NCBI GenBank assembly: GCA_022729235.1
Contig: JALDAJ010000001.1
Span: 480,001 to 544,000 of the forward strand
Direction: 5' to 3'
Length of the DNA stretch: 64,000 nt
DNA from: Candidatus Nanohalarchaeota archaeon
Lineage (GTDB): Archaea > Nanohalarchaeota > Nanosalinia > Nanosalinales > Nanosalinaceae
Below are positions 17,647 through 28,106 of the stretch, piece by piece; positions within the stretch are counted from its first letter, which is position 1, and each line of letters opens with the position of its first letter. The notes beneath the pieces were generated by a model that did not search any database, had not been told where the DNA came from, and saw only the letters and a list, made by a program, of their open reading frames with translations. Both the position numbers and the translations under genes were made by a program.

Positions 17647-18165
17647 ATGACAGACCTGAAGCCGTATGAGCAGTATCTCTGGAGTCCTAAACGTGAGGAG
17701 TACGAGAATACAGAAATCCCGGAGGATATCGACTGTATCTTCTGCGCGCAGGCAGAAGGCGATGACCGTGTGACAAAGCTGGAGGTGTTCGAGGACGACT
17801 TCCTGATGGTGGAGCTCAATATCTTCCCTTACAACACAGGTCACCTGCTTGTTGTGCCGAAAAGACACGTCAACTCTTTAACGGAGCTTGAAGATGAGGA
17901 GCGCAACCGGCTTTTCGCGATGGTCGCAAAAGTACAGGAGCTCCAGGAAGAAGTTGTCGACCCTGCGGGAATCGACGTCGGGATCAACATCGGCGAGGCG
18001 GCGGGAGAATCCATACCGCACCTGCACGTCCAGCTCGTCCCGATTTACGAGAAAGACCGTGGCTTCATGGAGACCTCGCTCGATACTAAGGTCATGAAGA
18101 AGTCTCTTACCGACATGCAGGAAGAGTACCGGGAGCGGGTTGACATTTTAGAGGACTACTGGTAA
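17647..18165 (+). CDS. HIT-family nucleotide hydrolase (Ap4A type)
   Basis: CIFC, LNIFPYNTGHLLVVPKRH, GINIGEAAGESIPHLHVQLVP. Confidence 0.92.
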   Translation: MTDLKPYEQYLWSPKREEYENTEIPEDIDCIFCAQAEGDDRVTKLEVFEDDFLMVELNIFPYNTGHLLVVPKRHVNSLTELEDEERNRLFAMVAKVQELQEEVVDPAGIDVGINIGEAAGESIPHLHVQLVPIYEKDRGFMETSLDTKVMKKSLTDMQEEYRERVDILEDYW

Positions 18166-18322
18166 TACTTATGTAATACAAATCCGGCTTAAATCTTTAA
18201 TTAAGAGTATTTTGTAATACGTCTGCTAAAGTTTCATTTAGGTGTTCTATGTCTTCTATTAGCTCTAGTAAGAATTTTTATAAAAATTCAATGAGAAAAG
18301 TTAGAATGTAAGGTGCAGATGT

Positions 18323-18571
18323 ATGTTGACTGAGGACGCAAGCGTCACAAGCAAGGGCCAGGTCACTATACCTAAGACTATAAGAGAAAAGCTCGGTATC
18401 ACTTCAGGCTCTAAAGTATCTTTTGTCTTGAGGAATGGAGAGGCAGTTATAATTCCGAAGTCCGAGAACCCTCTTGAAGAGATGAAAGAGATGCGTTCAG
18501 AAATCTCATTTTCGGATGAAGAGATAGAGTACATGATCAGGGATTCAAAGAAGTCCTGGGATGGAAAATGA
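18323..18571 (+). CDS. AbrB/MazE-family antitoxin
   Basis: VTSKGQVTIPKTIREKLGI. Confidence 0.92.
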   Translation: MLTEDASVTSKGQVTIPKTIREKLGITSGSKVSFVLRNGEAVIIPKSENPLEEMKEMRSEISFSDEEIEYMIRDSKKSWDGK

Positions 18572-18975
18572 TTTTCATCGATTCGTGGGTGTGGCTGGAA
18601 TTTTTCCAGGAGGATGAGAAAGCAGAGGAAGCGGAGAAAGTAATCAAGAGAATACAGGAAGAAAGTACAGTGATTTCTCCGACAGTGATTGCAGAAGTAA
18701 GGTATAGAGTGAGAAGAAAGTTTGGTCAGGAGGAGTCAGATAAAATCACGGCGATTATCACGAGCTTCGACAATCTGGATATAATGCCTGTGACGGAAGA
18801 AGTAGCAATCTATGCCGCGGACCTAAGAAACAAATACTATGATAGAAACGAAAACCAGATCTCCTATGCCGATACAATCCACATAGCTACAGCCGCGATG
18901 ACTGGTTGCGATAATCTCTATACAGGAGATGGAGACTTTGATGGAATAGAGGAAGTCGATGTAGTAGTGATCTAG
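18568..18975 (+). CDS. vapC: PIN-domain (VapC) toxin
   Basis: IFIDSWVW, TVIAE, SYADTIHIATA, LYTGDGDF; ATGA overlap with the antitoxin. Confidence 0.92.
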   Translation: MIFIDSWVWLEFFQEDEKAEEAEKVIKRIQEESTVISPTVIAEVRYRVRRKFGQEESDKITAIITSFDNLDIMPVTEEVAIYAADLRNKYYDRNENQISYADTIHIATAAMTGCDNLYTGDGDFDGIEEVDVVVI

Positions 18976-18988
18976 CCCAAATTAGTCT

Positions 18989-19966
18989 TCAACTGTCATC
19001 TATACCATGACATAGTTCTAGGCTGTCTCTTAGATTCTGATTCAATCCTTTCTTTCCTTTCTGAAGCCAGTATTCGTTTTCCTCTGAGTAAACATCGTTT
19101 GCTTCTTTCTCGTACTTGGCGCTGACAAAGTTCATGGCGAATCCGACGTCTATGAGAATGGGTAGAGTATCGAGCTCCTGGTCGGTCAGCCCAGTATTGC
19201 TCCGGTATTCTTCTATCAGAGTCTCTATGTTTTCCTGCGTTTTGTTTCTGTTTTCGTCTAGTAGAATCGAGGACGCTATAACCGCTAGCTCCTGGATCCG
19301 TGGATAGATGCCCGAGACTGAGAAGTCGAGTACCCAGAGTTCGCCGTTATCATCTCTCATAACGTTGGTCTCGCGGATATCACCGTGGACGAAACAATGA
19401 GGGAGCGATTCGAAATCTATATCATTGAATTCTTCGAGCAGAGATTCCAGAACTTCTAGCTCTTTTTCACTCAGATACTTCCGTGTCTTCTCGAACTTGT
19501 CCGGAAAGTTCGGAATCGCCCACGAGTCATGGTTTTCGTGAGGTTCAATATCCAGGGAGTTGATCAGGGCAGCCTGCTCTCCAAGGAAACGTATATCGTC
19601 CTTGTCAAGACGCTCTTCTTCAACTGTTGAGCCCTTTATGAAGTCCATTACGCACAGGTGTGTATTCTGGTAAGTGTAAAGAGATTCGCCGTTGTAATGG
19701 TAAAGTTCAGGATGTTTTACGCCTGAGTCTATAGCGGTATTCATGACTTCAACATACTTTCTACATTCAACGTCACTCCGTCTGCTGTTGAAAATTTTAA
19801 CGAGAAACTTTCCTTTTGATGTCTCTAATTCCACGTTAAGATCTTCATAACCTTTCTCAATGACTTGGTGATCTTGATATATTCCGATTTCATAGTCCTT
19901 ACAGACAGTTTCGAGAAGAGACTCTAATGAACTCTTGAATCCTATCCTTTCCAGTCTGTCCTCCAT
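18989..19966 (-). CDS. Aminoglycoside phosphotransferase/homoserine kinase type II-like kinase
   Basis: GYEDLN, FLVKIF, HGDIRETNV, LDF motifs. Confidence 0.85.
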   Translation of the reverse strand: MEDRLERIGFKSSLESLLETVCKDYEIGIYQDHQVIEKGYEDLNVELETSKGKFLVKIFNSRRSDVECRKYVEVMNTAIDSGVKHPELYHYNGESLYTYQNTHLCVMDFIKGSTVEEERLDKDDIRFLGEQAALINSLDIEPHENHDSWAIPNFPDKFEKTRKYLSEKELEVLESLLEEFNDIDFESLPHCFVHGDIRETNVMRDDNGELWVLDFSVSGIYPRIQELAVIASSILLDENRNKTQENIETLIEEYRSNTGLTDQELDTLPILIDVGFAMNFVSAKYEKEANDVYSEENEYWLQKGKKGLNQNLRDSLELCHGIDDS

Positions 19967-20022
19967 AGAGATAGGTTGGTAACTGAAAGTTATTAGAATC
20001 CGGGGTTCGCGTTTTTACTTAC

Positions 20023-21360
20023 ATGACCTCGTTCTTCCACACTTATGATCTGAGAGGAACTTATCCTGACGAAATCGGTGAAGAAGAGGCCTGCAGAGTT
20101 GGGAAGGCGTTTGGGACCTGGACTGACGCGGATACTGTGCTCGTAGGTAGAGACGGGCGTAAACATGGCGAAGAGATTTCGGAAGCGTTTATAGATGGCA
20201 TCAGGTCGACCGGTGTGAATGTTCTTGACGCAGGCATGGTTCCGTCGCCTGTTGTCTACCAGGGTATGATCGCGAGAGATGTTGACGCTGCGGCTGTCGT
20301 GACTGCCTCGCACAATCCTCCGGAGTACACCGGTTTTAAGTTCTGTAAGGGTGAGGCGCTCGCTGTCTCACGTGAAGGAGGGATGGAGGAGATGGAAGAA
20401 ATATACGAGAGCAGAGACTTTGAAGAAGGTGGGGAAGGTGGTCTAGAAGAGGTAGATCTGGAGGAAGGCTATATCGAGGCTGTGGATTCAAAGATAGAGC
20501 TGGAGCGCAGTCTGGATGTTGTGGTTAACTTCGGAAATGGTGTGACTGCGACGATAGGAAAGAAGATGCTTGAGAGTATAGGATGCAAGGTTAAGCCGGT
20601 TAACGATACTATCGACGGCAGCTTCCCTAATCACCTGCCCGCGCCGGGCGAGGAAGAGGCGCAGAGACAGCTCGAGGAAGCTATGGAGGACGAAGACCTG
20701 GGAATAATATTTGACGGTGACGGAGATAGAGCGGGTTTTATACTTCCCGACTACGGCTACATCCCGGAGGATGAGGTGCTCGCGGTATTCTCCGATGAGT
20801 GTCTCTCGCGGGAAAAAGGAAAGATAGTCTACGACCTGCGTGCCTCGAAGCTTGTGAAAGAGAAGATAGAGGAGCACGGCGGAGAACCTGTTGAATCACG
20901 GGTCGGACATACTTTCATCTCCGAAGAGATACACGAAGACTCTGGTATCGTGTTTGCAGGAGAGCTTTCAGGTCATTACTACTTTCCTTCTCACAATTTT
21001 CCTTTCGACGATGGGCTCTTTGCAGCGGCGCTGATGTGCCAGATAGTTTCGGAACGAGACCTCAAGGAGGAACTGGAATCCTTCCCTGACTACCCGGTAT
21101 CACCGGAGTTAAGGATCGACTGTCCGGAAGATGCGAAAGAGGAAGTAGTCGAAAAGTTCGCGGAGCACTATTCTGGCTATCCGACCTCGACGAAAGACGG
21201 CGTCAAGGTAAACTTTAGCGAGGGCTGGGCTCTTGTCCGCCCGTCTTCTACCGAGCCGAAGATGTCAGTAAGAGTAGAGGCTGACAACCGGGACACACTA
21301 GATAGGTTGCTTGATGATGTGGAGTCAAACGTGAGGAAGTTTATCAGGGAAGCTGGTTGA
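20023..21360 (+). CDS. Phosphoglucomutase/phosphomannomutase
   Basis: TASHNP, FDGDGDR, GELSGH, VRPSSTEP. Confidence 0.95.
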   Translation: MTSFFHTYDLRGTYPDEIGEEEACRVGKAFGTWTDADTVLVGRDGRKHGEEISEAFIDGIRSTGVNVLDAGMVPSPVVYQGMIARDVDAAAVVTASHNPPEYTGFKFCKGEALAVSREGGMEEMEEIYESRDFEEGGEGGLEEVDLEEGYIEAVDSKIELERSLDVVVNFGNGVTATIGKKMLESIGCKVKPVNDTIDGSFPNHLPAPGEEEAQRQLEEAMEDEDLGIIFDGDGDRAGFILPDYGYIPEDEVLAVFSDECLSREKGKIVYDLRASKLVKEKIEEHGGEPVESRVGHTFISEEIHEDSGIVFAGELSGHYYFPSHNFPFDDGLFAAALMCQIVSERDLKEELESFPDYPVSPELRIDCPEDAKEEVVEKFAEHYSGYPTSTKDGVKVNFSEGWALVRPSSTEPKMSVRVEADNRDTLDRLLDDVESNVRKFIREAG

Positions 21361-22627
21361 GTTCTCCAACGAATGCTCCTGCAGAGATTATATCACCCAT
21401 TCCTACGAGGCGTTTAGGTTCCTCGTGGATTATAGGGGGTATCGCCGCCACCTTGTAGTCTTCAAGTTCTGCAGTTCCTTCCTCTACAAAGTTGTGGAGG
21501 TCGAAGAACTGCTGGAAGTGGTTCATCTCCTTGAGTTCAGGTATATGCTTGTTCTTCATGTCGAACTTTTTCAGCTGCCCTGCTTCCGGTATCTCGCCTG
21601 TATCTGCGGTTTTGATGGCGCAGAGTTCGCCGAAAAGCATGGCGTCTCTCATACTTCTCTTCGAGATAGGGTAGTCCTTGTCCGCCACTGTCAGGTGGAA
21701 TCTGTAGGTGTGGAGGTGACATCTTTGCATGTTGTACTTTTCGATCAACTGCTTTCCTGCGTGGAAGGCTTCGCCAAGAGTTAGATTCTCGTCTACATCG
21801 ACTTCTAAACCAAGTAAATCTATGAGTTTCTTCATTTCGTCTTCATCCAGACCTATACTGTTGACCTCTGGTATCACGTGCTCTGCTATCATTGAGGACA
21901 GTTCGTCGTTCCTGTAGACGAATTCCATGTGTACAGGTGTATCGAGTTTTGATATCTGGCTGGCAGATTTTTTCAGCTTAGCTTCCCTGTTACCCTCTAC
22001 ATTGTGGAATCCGGAGAGTACAATCCTGTCAACGTCATCATCTATCTCTTCGAAACTGTCTTCGACGCCTTTCCTGAAGTACGGTCCGAAGCCTTTGAGT
22101 TTCCGTGAAAATATTACTCTACCAGTTTCACCATTAGAGTACTCGAATATCAGGTTCCGCTTGGTGCGGTCGGTATTTGTGGCGTCTCGGACATTTTTCA
22201 GAGTGAAGTCTCCTTCGACCACAGGGTAGAGGATGTTCTCGTTCATCATCTCTGCAAGTTCTTCGGACAGGAACGGGGTGTAGAATATCACTCCGTTGCC
22301 TATCCCTGATAGAAAGTTTGCCATTATACCTGCTTGACCGCCGATGCTTTGCTCTGCACCTTTGAACTCGTGGTCGATTTCACCAAGTTCTATCTCACGG
22401 TTCTCTCTTTTATCCACACAATACCTGAGTGTAGACTTTATCTCCTTGAAGCTCTCGGCTTTCTCATGTTCTTTGGGTGCAGCGTCCAGTTCGAGGTCAA
22501 GGCTTTCAAGGTCAAAGACCATGTCAATATTGGCGTTGAACGCCACTAGAACGTCCCGGGAAGGACCTATAAGGTTTGCTGCATCCCGGTATTTCTTTAT
22601 CCAGTTTTCCTTCATGAAACCTGTCAT
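21344..22627 (-). CDS. ADP-dependent glucokinase/phosphofructokinase
   Basis: AFNANID, IGGQAGIMAN, SIGLDEDE, LVGMGDIISAGAF. Confidence 0.93.
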   Translation of the reverse strand: MTGFMKENWIKKYRDAANLIGPSRDVLVAFNANIDMVFDLESLDLELDAAPKEHEKAESFKEIKSTLRYCVDKRENREIELGEIDHEFKGAEQSIGGQAGIMANFLSGIGNGVIFYTPFLSEELAEMMNENILYPVVEGDFTLKNVRDATNTDRTKRNLIFEYSNGETGRVIFSRKLKGFGPYFRKGVEDSFEEIDDDVDRIVLSGFHNVEGNREAKLKKSASQISKLDTPVHMEFVYRNDELSSMIAEHVIPEVNSIGLDEDEMKKLIDLLGLEVDVDENLTLGEAFHAGKQLIEKYNMQRCHLHTYRFHLTVADKDYPISKRSMRDAMLFGELCAIKTADTGEIPEAGQLKKFDMKNKHIPELKEMNHFQQFFDLHNFVEEGTAELEDYKVAAIPPIIHEEPKRLVGMGDIISAGAFVGELNQLP

Positions 22628-23262
22628 AGTCCTTTACACAGCTCCTTTACTTTCTCCCGGGGATTTTCTGCCTTGACAACTCCGGAGGCGACGAGGACGC
22701 CTTCGCACCCGAGTTCGATGCTTTTCTCAACATCTTCCCGTGTATTGATGCCTGCGCCTGTAAGGACAGGAACGCTTGATTTCTCAACTGCTTCTTGGAT
22801 CAGTTCCGGTTTCGCGCTGGATACGGAGATATCGCCGCCTATAAGTTCTGGTGGTTCGTATGCTATGTAGTCTGGTTTAAAACCGGATAACTTCTCGCAT
22901 TCGTCCGGACCCTGAGCACAGACTATAGTGGTCAGACCGTGCTCCTTCGCGGTTTCAACCGCCTCCCTGAGCTCTTTCTTCTCCAGTCTTTTCTCCGAGT
23001 GATTCAGTAGTGTACCTGATACCCCTGTATTTTTCACTGTCTCAGCCAGTACGTGACCGGTGTTACTCCCCGGGTTCACGGGGTCGATATGCTGTGCGAA
23101 CATTTCTATGTCAAGGTCTTCAAGGCGCAGGAGGTCGCTGGTCTGCGGTGTTACTATAACTCTTTCACCAGTCTCTCTTGACGCCTCAAGGCAGTCCTTA
23201 GCTACATCCTGGGCTTTTTCTCCTGTCGCCTGTCTGTACGTCTTGAAGTTTACGATAATCAT
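22624..23262 (-). CDS. tpiA: Triosephosphate isomerase, archaeal type
   Basis: IVNFKTY, LLNHSE, AYEPPELIG, GAGI, GVLVASGVVKA. Confidence 0.96.
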   Translation of the reverse strand: MIIVNFKTYRQATGEKAQDVAKDCLEASRETGERVIVTPQTSDLLRLEDLDIEMFAQHIDPVNPGSNTGHVLAETVKNTGVSGTLLNHSEKRLEKKELREAVETAKEHGLTTIVCAQGPDECEKLSGFKPDYIAYEPPELIGGDISVSSAKPELIQEAVEKSSVPVLTGAGINTREDVEKSIELGCEGVLVASGVVKAENPREKVKELCKGL

Positions 23263-23290
23263 CTTCAACTAAATTTGTTTCGACCTGAAT

Positions 23291-25063
23291 TTATATCCTG
23301 ATATCGAGGTCGGGATTGTTCAGTATCTCGACTTCTCCGTCTTCCACACGCAGGTCGATTTTTTCTCCCCTGACCCGTTTTCCCTTCCTTTCGCAGGTTA
23401 TGTCTGCGGGTTTTATCTCGACGTGATCGCCTCTGGCTTTTATCCCGAGCAGGTAGGTGTCTACGACGTGGAGGAACATCCCGGCACTCCACGCCTGTTC
23501 TGGTGCTCCGAGTAAGTGACCGTTTTCCGCGTCGACCACTTCCGGTAGCGCACCTAACTGGTCGCGGTCGAGAAACTGTATCATTTTCTCAAGGAAGTTG
23601 AGCCCCTGTTTTTCCTTCCCGTATCTCAGATTTGCTGCAGCAGCCCATCCTGTCGTCAGACCCCATACCGAGCCAGTGTGGTATCCATCTGACTCGTATC
23701 CTGGGTCCGCCATCGATCTCGTGCGGGCGCCGTACCGGGAGGAGAATCCTGCATTAATCTTCTCAAGGTATTTCATCGCTTCCTGTTCTCCGACCTGTCC
23801 GAACATCAGTGGTACTGCAGGATTGATTGTGACAGGTGTGTTATCCTCGATGAAGTCCTTCATGTAATCGCTGTCCTGGAATTCTTCCAGTCCTTTCTCC
23901 AATTTTTCCTTCCCGGGGTCGCCTGTTATGTCTGCAGCTTCCAGCCAGAGCGACTGTATGTCGACAGCTCCTGGGCGTTCAAGAGTGTCCATCCAGGTTG
24001 CTTCGGGCTTATTATTGACTATATCACCATCAAGTTCAAGTCTCTCCATCGCGTCGTCCATCGCTTTCTCAAGTTCACCGCTGAGTTCGTGGTGTCTCTC
24101 CAACTTGTCGCATGCTATTATGAAGAGCGGTGCGGTATCCGCCCGCGGGGTGTCGTCACTATCACCGTCCAGGAATATCCGTGATTCGAGGTCATGGCTT
24201 ACGAAGTTCTCAAGTATCTCTGTCGCAAGTTCGAACCGTCCTGCATCTATAAGGCCAAGCAGGGTCCAGAACGCGTCCCGAGCCCAGTAGGTCTGGAACC
24301 AGGGGTGACCTGCGATCAATCCTTTTCCTTTCCTGTTGTAGACCAGGTTCTCTACGCTGTCAATACAGTTTTCGAATAGTCTGCCGAGTTCCTGGTGCGT
24401 TATCTCCTGTTCAATGCTTTCTATACCCCCGAAACTCCCTTCTGAGGTAGTTATATCTATCTCTATATTTTCGGTTGACTGACCCGGTATCTCCCGCTGG
24501 AAAACGATGTCGCCAGGGATAAAGCACCTCTGTTTTTCGCCTCCGGGGTAGTGTTCCTTCAGGTAGTTATTTCCCTCGAGTTCAAATTCTTCTTCCGAGG
24601 ACAGCATGATCTTCTTGCCGTTACCTGTAACTGTTACCCGCTGGGCGCCTGTATCAAGTTCGTAGTCTTCCGGTCCTATGTCCTGCGATTTCTCCCGGAT
24701 ATCTATCCCTGATTCAAGTGTCAGCCTGACTGCTTTTGGTTCATCGGTCTTGTTCTCTACTTCGATTTCGAACCTGAGTCCAGGAAGTTCATCGGGTGTC
24801 GAGGCTTTTTCTGTTACTTTCAGGCTGTCCAGCTCGTGGTGGAAAACAAAGCTTGAACCGTACTCAGTTGCCTGCAGGGTGTCGCGGTTGAGCCAGACAC
24901 CGTTGATTTTTATGGCATAATAGTCCAGGAACTTGTATGGTGGTGCCCAGTACCCGGTCCACTTGTTCTTGAATTCTCTGTCGTTGAAACAGTGGAGAAA
25001 TCCGTGGAGATTTGAGACCGTTCCCGAGGTATCTGAGAGGTTTTCTGTGAGGGTGTACTTCAT
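23291..25063 (-). CDS. Amylo-alpha-1,6-glucosidase (glycogen debranching enzyme, GH133-like)
   Basis: AGHPWFQTYWARD, TWMD, YHTGSVW, LPEV, QAWSAG. Confidence 0.9.
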   Translation of the reverse strand: MKYTLTENLSDTSGTVSNLHGFLHCFNDREFKNKWTGYWAPPYKFLDYYAIKINGVWLNRDTLQATEYGSSFVFHHELDSLKVTEKASTPDELPGLRFEIEVENKTDEPKAVRLTLESGIDIREKSQDIGPEDYELDTGAQRVTVTGNGKKIMLSSEEEFELEGNNYLKEHYPGGEKQRCFIPGDIVFQREIPGQSTENIEIDITTSEGSFGGIESIEQEITHQELGRLFENCIDSVENLVYNRKGKGLIAGHPWFQTYWARDAFWTLLGLIDAGRFELATEILENFVSHDLESRIFLDGDSDDTPRADTAPLFIIACDKLERHHELSGELEKAMDDAMERLELDGDIVNNKPEATWMDTLERPGAVDIQSLWLEAADITGDPGKEKLEKGLEEFQDSDYMKDFIEDNTPVTINPAVPLMFGQVGEQEAMKYLEKINAGFSSRYGARTRSMADPGYESDGYHTGSVWGLTTGWAAAANLRYGKEKQGLNFLEKMIQFLDRDQLGALPEVVDAENGHLLGAPEQAWSAGMFLHVVDTYLLGIKARGDHVEIKPADITCERKGKRVRGEKIDLRVEDGEVEILNNPDLDIRI

Positions 25064-25166
25064 GGTTTGTTTCCTGTGTCTGGATGCTATAAAACCCTTA
25101 TTTTGACTTTATGGTAGCAAAGAATTTACTGCGAGGTTTTTATAGTGGCGAAAGGACTTTGTGTAT

Positions 25167-26924
25167 ATGCCGCCCGAAAATTTTGTTGAAGTTTCTTTCG
25201 AGGTCGCCAACAAGGTAGGAGGGATATACCAGGTCCTGAAGTCCAAGGCGGGAAAGATGAAAGACTATTACGGTGAGACATATTATACTATAGGTTTCTA
25301 CGATGAGGAGAGCGCAAGCAGTGAGTTCGCACCCCGGGAACTCCCTGAAAAATTTTCCTCAATTAAGGATCTTGAAGATAAGGGTATAGAAGTGCATTAC
25401 GGGGTCTGGAGGGTTCCCGGACAGCCTAAATGTTTTCTGGTGGACTCTTCCGGGATGGAGAAGGGTGTAGATGAGATAAAAGAAGAGCTTTACGAGGAAC
25501 ATGGGGTAGATTCTATAGAGGCAGGAAATGACTTTGACGACCCTGTCAAGTGGAGTTATGCTGTCGGAGAGCTGATTGAAATTCTCGAACAGGAGCTTGA
25601 AGGAGAGACTGTTGTACAGCTTCACGAGTGGCTTTCAGGTCCTGCCATGATGAATATCTCAAGTCCTGCAGTTTTCACAACACACGCCACTGTCCTCGGT
25701 CGCACTCTTTCAAGCGCGGACTACGACCTCAAGGAAGCGATAGAGCAAGGCAGGGTCGATGGTTCTCTGGCGGAAAAGCACGGGGTTAAATCCAAGCACC
25801 AGACCGAGAAGATGGCGGCGAGCGAGGCAGAAGTTTTCACTACTGTGAGCGAGACCACTGGAGAGGAGGCAGAAGCTGTCCTGGGAGTCGAACCGGACAA
25901 AATACTTTCTAACGGTTTCAACGTAGGCGAGTTCCCGTCACTGGAAGAGCTATCTTACCAGCACAAGAAAAAGAAAGAGGAGATGAAGGAGTTCCTGAGA
26001 GCGTACTTCAAGCCGTACTATGACGTAGACCTGGAGAACGATCCCCGGGTCCTGTTTATATCAGGCAGATACGAATTCCGGAATAAAGGAGTAGACATCT
26101 TCATCGACGCGCTCTCTGAACTTAATGAGAGCGATGGGGAAGACTTCTTCGTATTCTTCTTCATACCTACCGACGTGAAGAGGGCGAAGCCGGAGGTACT
26201 GGAGAACATGTCGCTCTACCAGGAGCTCGAGGATTACGTGGATTCGATAATCCCTGAACTAAGGTCTGGTCTTATCAATGCTCTGACGTCCGAGAAAGAC
26301 CCGGGGGAGGATGTAAAGGAGCTTATAGACGGGAGTACGGACGGTGAGGCAGACTCTCTCCGCAGGAATTTCCACAAGATGAAGGAGAGGAGCCAGAACC
26401 CGCCTAATTGCGCGTTCGACCTTAACTATCCTGAAGACCAGATACTGGATCGTATGCACGAGAAAGGGTTGAGAAACAGGGAAGAGGATAGGGTAAAAGT
26501 TGTGTTCTACCCTACGTATCTCTCGATGGGAGACCGCCTGCTTTCGATGGGCTATAACGACGCGATAGTCGCCTGCAGTGCGGGTATATTTCCAAGCAGT
26601 TATGAGCCATGGGGATATACGCCTGTCGAAACAGCAGCTAATGGAGCTCTATCTATAACGACGGACATGGCAGGGTTCGGCAAGTTCCTGCTGGATAACA
26701 CCGAGGATGAAGACCGTAAAGGCATCAGGGTACTCGAAAGAGAGAATGTTTCGGATGGAGAATCGGTTTCGCAACTTGCTGACATGCTGGAAGATATAGT
26801 CTCGTACTCGAAGACAGAAATCACTGAGAGAAAACATAACGCGAGGAAGCTGGCGCAACTGACTTCGTGGGAGCGACTGGGCGAAAACTATAGAGAGGCG
26901 CATGGAATGGCGCTGGAGAGGTAA
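25167..26924 (+). CDS. Glycogen synthase, GT3 family
   Basis: EVSFEVANKVGGIYQVL, LHEWLSG, FTTHATVLGR, SGRYEFRNKG, FPSSYEPWGYTPVE. Confidence 0.93.
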   Translation: MPPENFVEVSFEVANKVGGIYQVLKSKAGKMKDYYGETYYTIGFYDEESASSEFAPRELPEKFSSIKDLEDKGIEVHYGVWRVPGQPKCFLVDSSGMEKGVDEIKEELYEEHGVDSIEAGNDFDDPVKWSYAVGELIEILEQELEGETVVQLHEWLSGPAMMNISSPAVFTTHATVLGRTLSSADYDLKEAIEQGRVDGSLAEKHGVKSKHQTEKMAASEAEVFTTVSETTGEEAEAVLGVEPDKILSNGFNVGEFPSLEELSYQHKKKKEEMKEFLRAYFKPYYDVDLENDPRVLFISGRYEFRNKGVDIFIDALSELNESDGEDFFVFFFIPTDVKRAKPEVLENMSLYQELEDYVDSIIPELRSGLINALTSEKDPGEDVKELIDGSTDGEADSLRRNFHKMKERSQNPPNCAFDLNYPEDQILDRMHEKGLRNREEDRVKVVFYPTYLSMGDRLLSMGYNDAIVACSAGIFPSSYEPWGYTPVETAANGALSITTDMAGFGKFLLDNTEDEDRKGIRVLERENVSDGESVSQLADMLEDIVSYSKTEITERKHNARKLAQLTSWERLGENYREAHGMALER

Positions 26925-26926
26925 TC

Positions 26927-28102
26927 ATGTCTCTAAAAATCGAGATAGACCATGTAAATGAGAAGAAAAGGGAGGTACAGGAGCTCCCAAGGCATGATAC
27001 GCCGGATTTTGCGGAGTACAAGCCTGATATTGATGCCATAAAAACGGCAAAGGAAGAGGAGCACAACTTCGATAACCTGGTGGTCATAGGAAATGGTGGG
27101 TCGATAACTTCTTTCCGGGCGTATTTGTACGCTTTCTTCCCTGAAACCGATGTTGATGTAAGACTCGTCACTACGATGGATCCAGACTATCTTAACCGGC
27201 TCTCCCGGGAGCTGGATTCGGAGAAGACGCTTGTCATGCCGATAAGCAAGTCCGGGGATACTGTAGGTGTTATAGAATCTCTTATTTATTTCATGGCGCG
27301 TGATTATCCGGTATTCGCGGTAACATCCGATAATGGTGGTGCTTTGAAACAGATAGTTGAACGTGAAGACCTCGGCTGGATCCGCCACCCTGACATCGGA
27401 GGGAGATTCTCAGGTGCAACTGAGACCGCGCTAGTCCCTGCCGCGTTCGCCGGTATGCCTATAGATGAGATCAGGAAGGGTGCGGAGGAAATGTACGAGA
27501 AACTTTCCCCCAAAAAGCAGTATAACTCTGCGCTGAACGTCGCCTCTGCGTTCTATGATGCGGAGAAGAAAGGATACGAGAACCTGTTCGCAGGGTTTTA
27601 TTCGACGAGGATGTTCGGATTCTATCCCCTGTTTGTCCAGCTGATGCACGAGACAGTGTGTAAAAACAGGAAGGGTCAGACCGTCTCAGGAGACCTCGGA
27701 CCGGAGTTCCAGCACCACACCAACCAGAGAATATTTGGCGGCAAAAAGGATGTACTACCCGTATTCTTCAGGACGGAGAATCACGAAGAAGAGGTCATGA
27801 GGATCCCGGAAGAACTGAAAGAAATCGATCTCAGGGGCCGAAGACTTGGTTTACTGGACGGTCGCACCTACCAGGAGGCACTGGAGTCGGAGTATTACGG
27901 AGTGAAGGATGCTCTCGACGAGGAGAAAATCCCGAGCATAGATCTTACTTTTACAGAGCTTTCCCACGAGGCAGCGGGTAAGCTCGTCGCTTTCATCCAG
28001 TACGTTGCGGTTTACTCTGCCTGGTTGAGGGACGTGGACCCGTTTACACAGCCTGACGTAGAAAATAGTAAAAAGCTGGGATTCGAGCACCGTTTCAAGT
28101 GA
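26927..28102 (+). CDS. pgi: Glucose-6-phosphate isomerase
   Basis: IGNGGS, ISKSGDT, IGGRFS, DPFTQPDVENSK. Confidence 0.88.
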   Translation: MSLKIEIDHVNEKKREVQELPRHDTPDFAEYKPDIDAIKTAKEEEHNFDNLVVIGNGGSITSFRAYLYAFFPETDVDVRLVTTMDPDYLNRLSRELDSEKTLVMPISKSGDTVGVIESLIYFMARDYPVFAVTSDNGGALKQIVEREDLGWIRHPDIGGRFSGATETALVPAAFAGMPIDEIRKGAEEMYEKLSPKKQYNSALNVASAFYDAEKKGYENLFAGFYSTRMFGFYPLFVQLMHETVCKNRKGQTVSGDLGPEFQHHTNQRIFGGKKDVLPVFFRTENHEEEVMRIPEELKEIDLRGRRLGLLDGRTYQEALESEYYGVKDALDEEKIPSIDLTFTELSHEAAGKLVAFIQYVAVYSAWLRDVDPFTQPDVENSKKLGFEHRFK

Positions 28103-28106
28103 TAAA

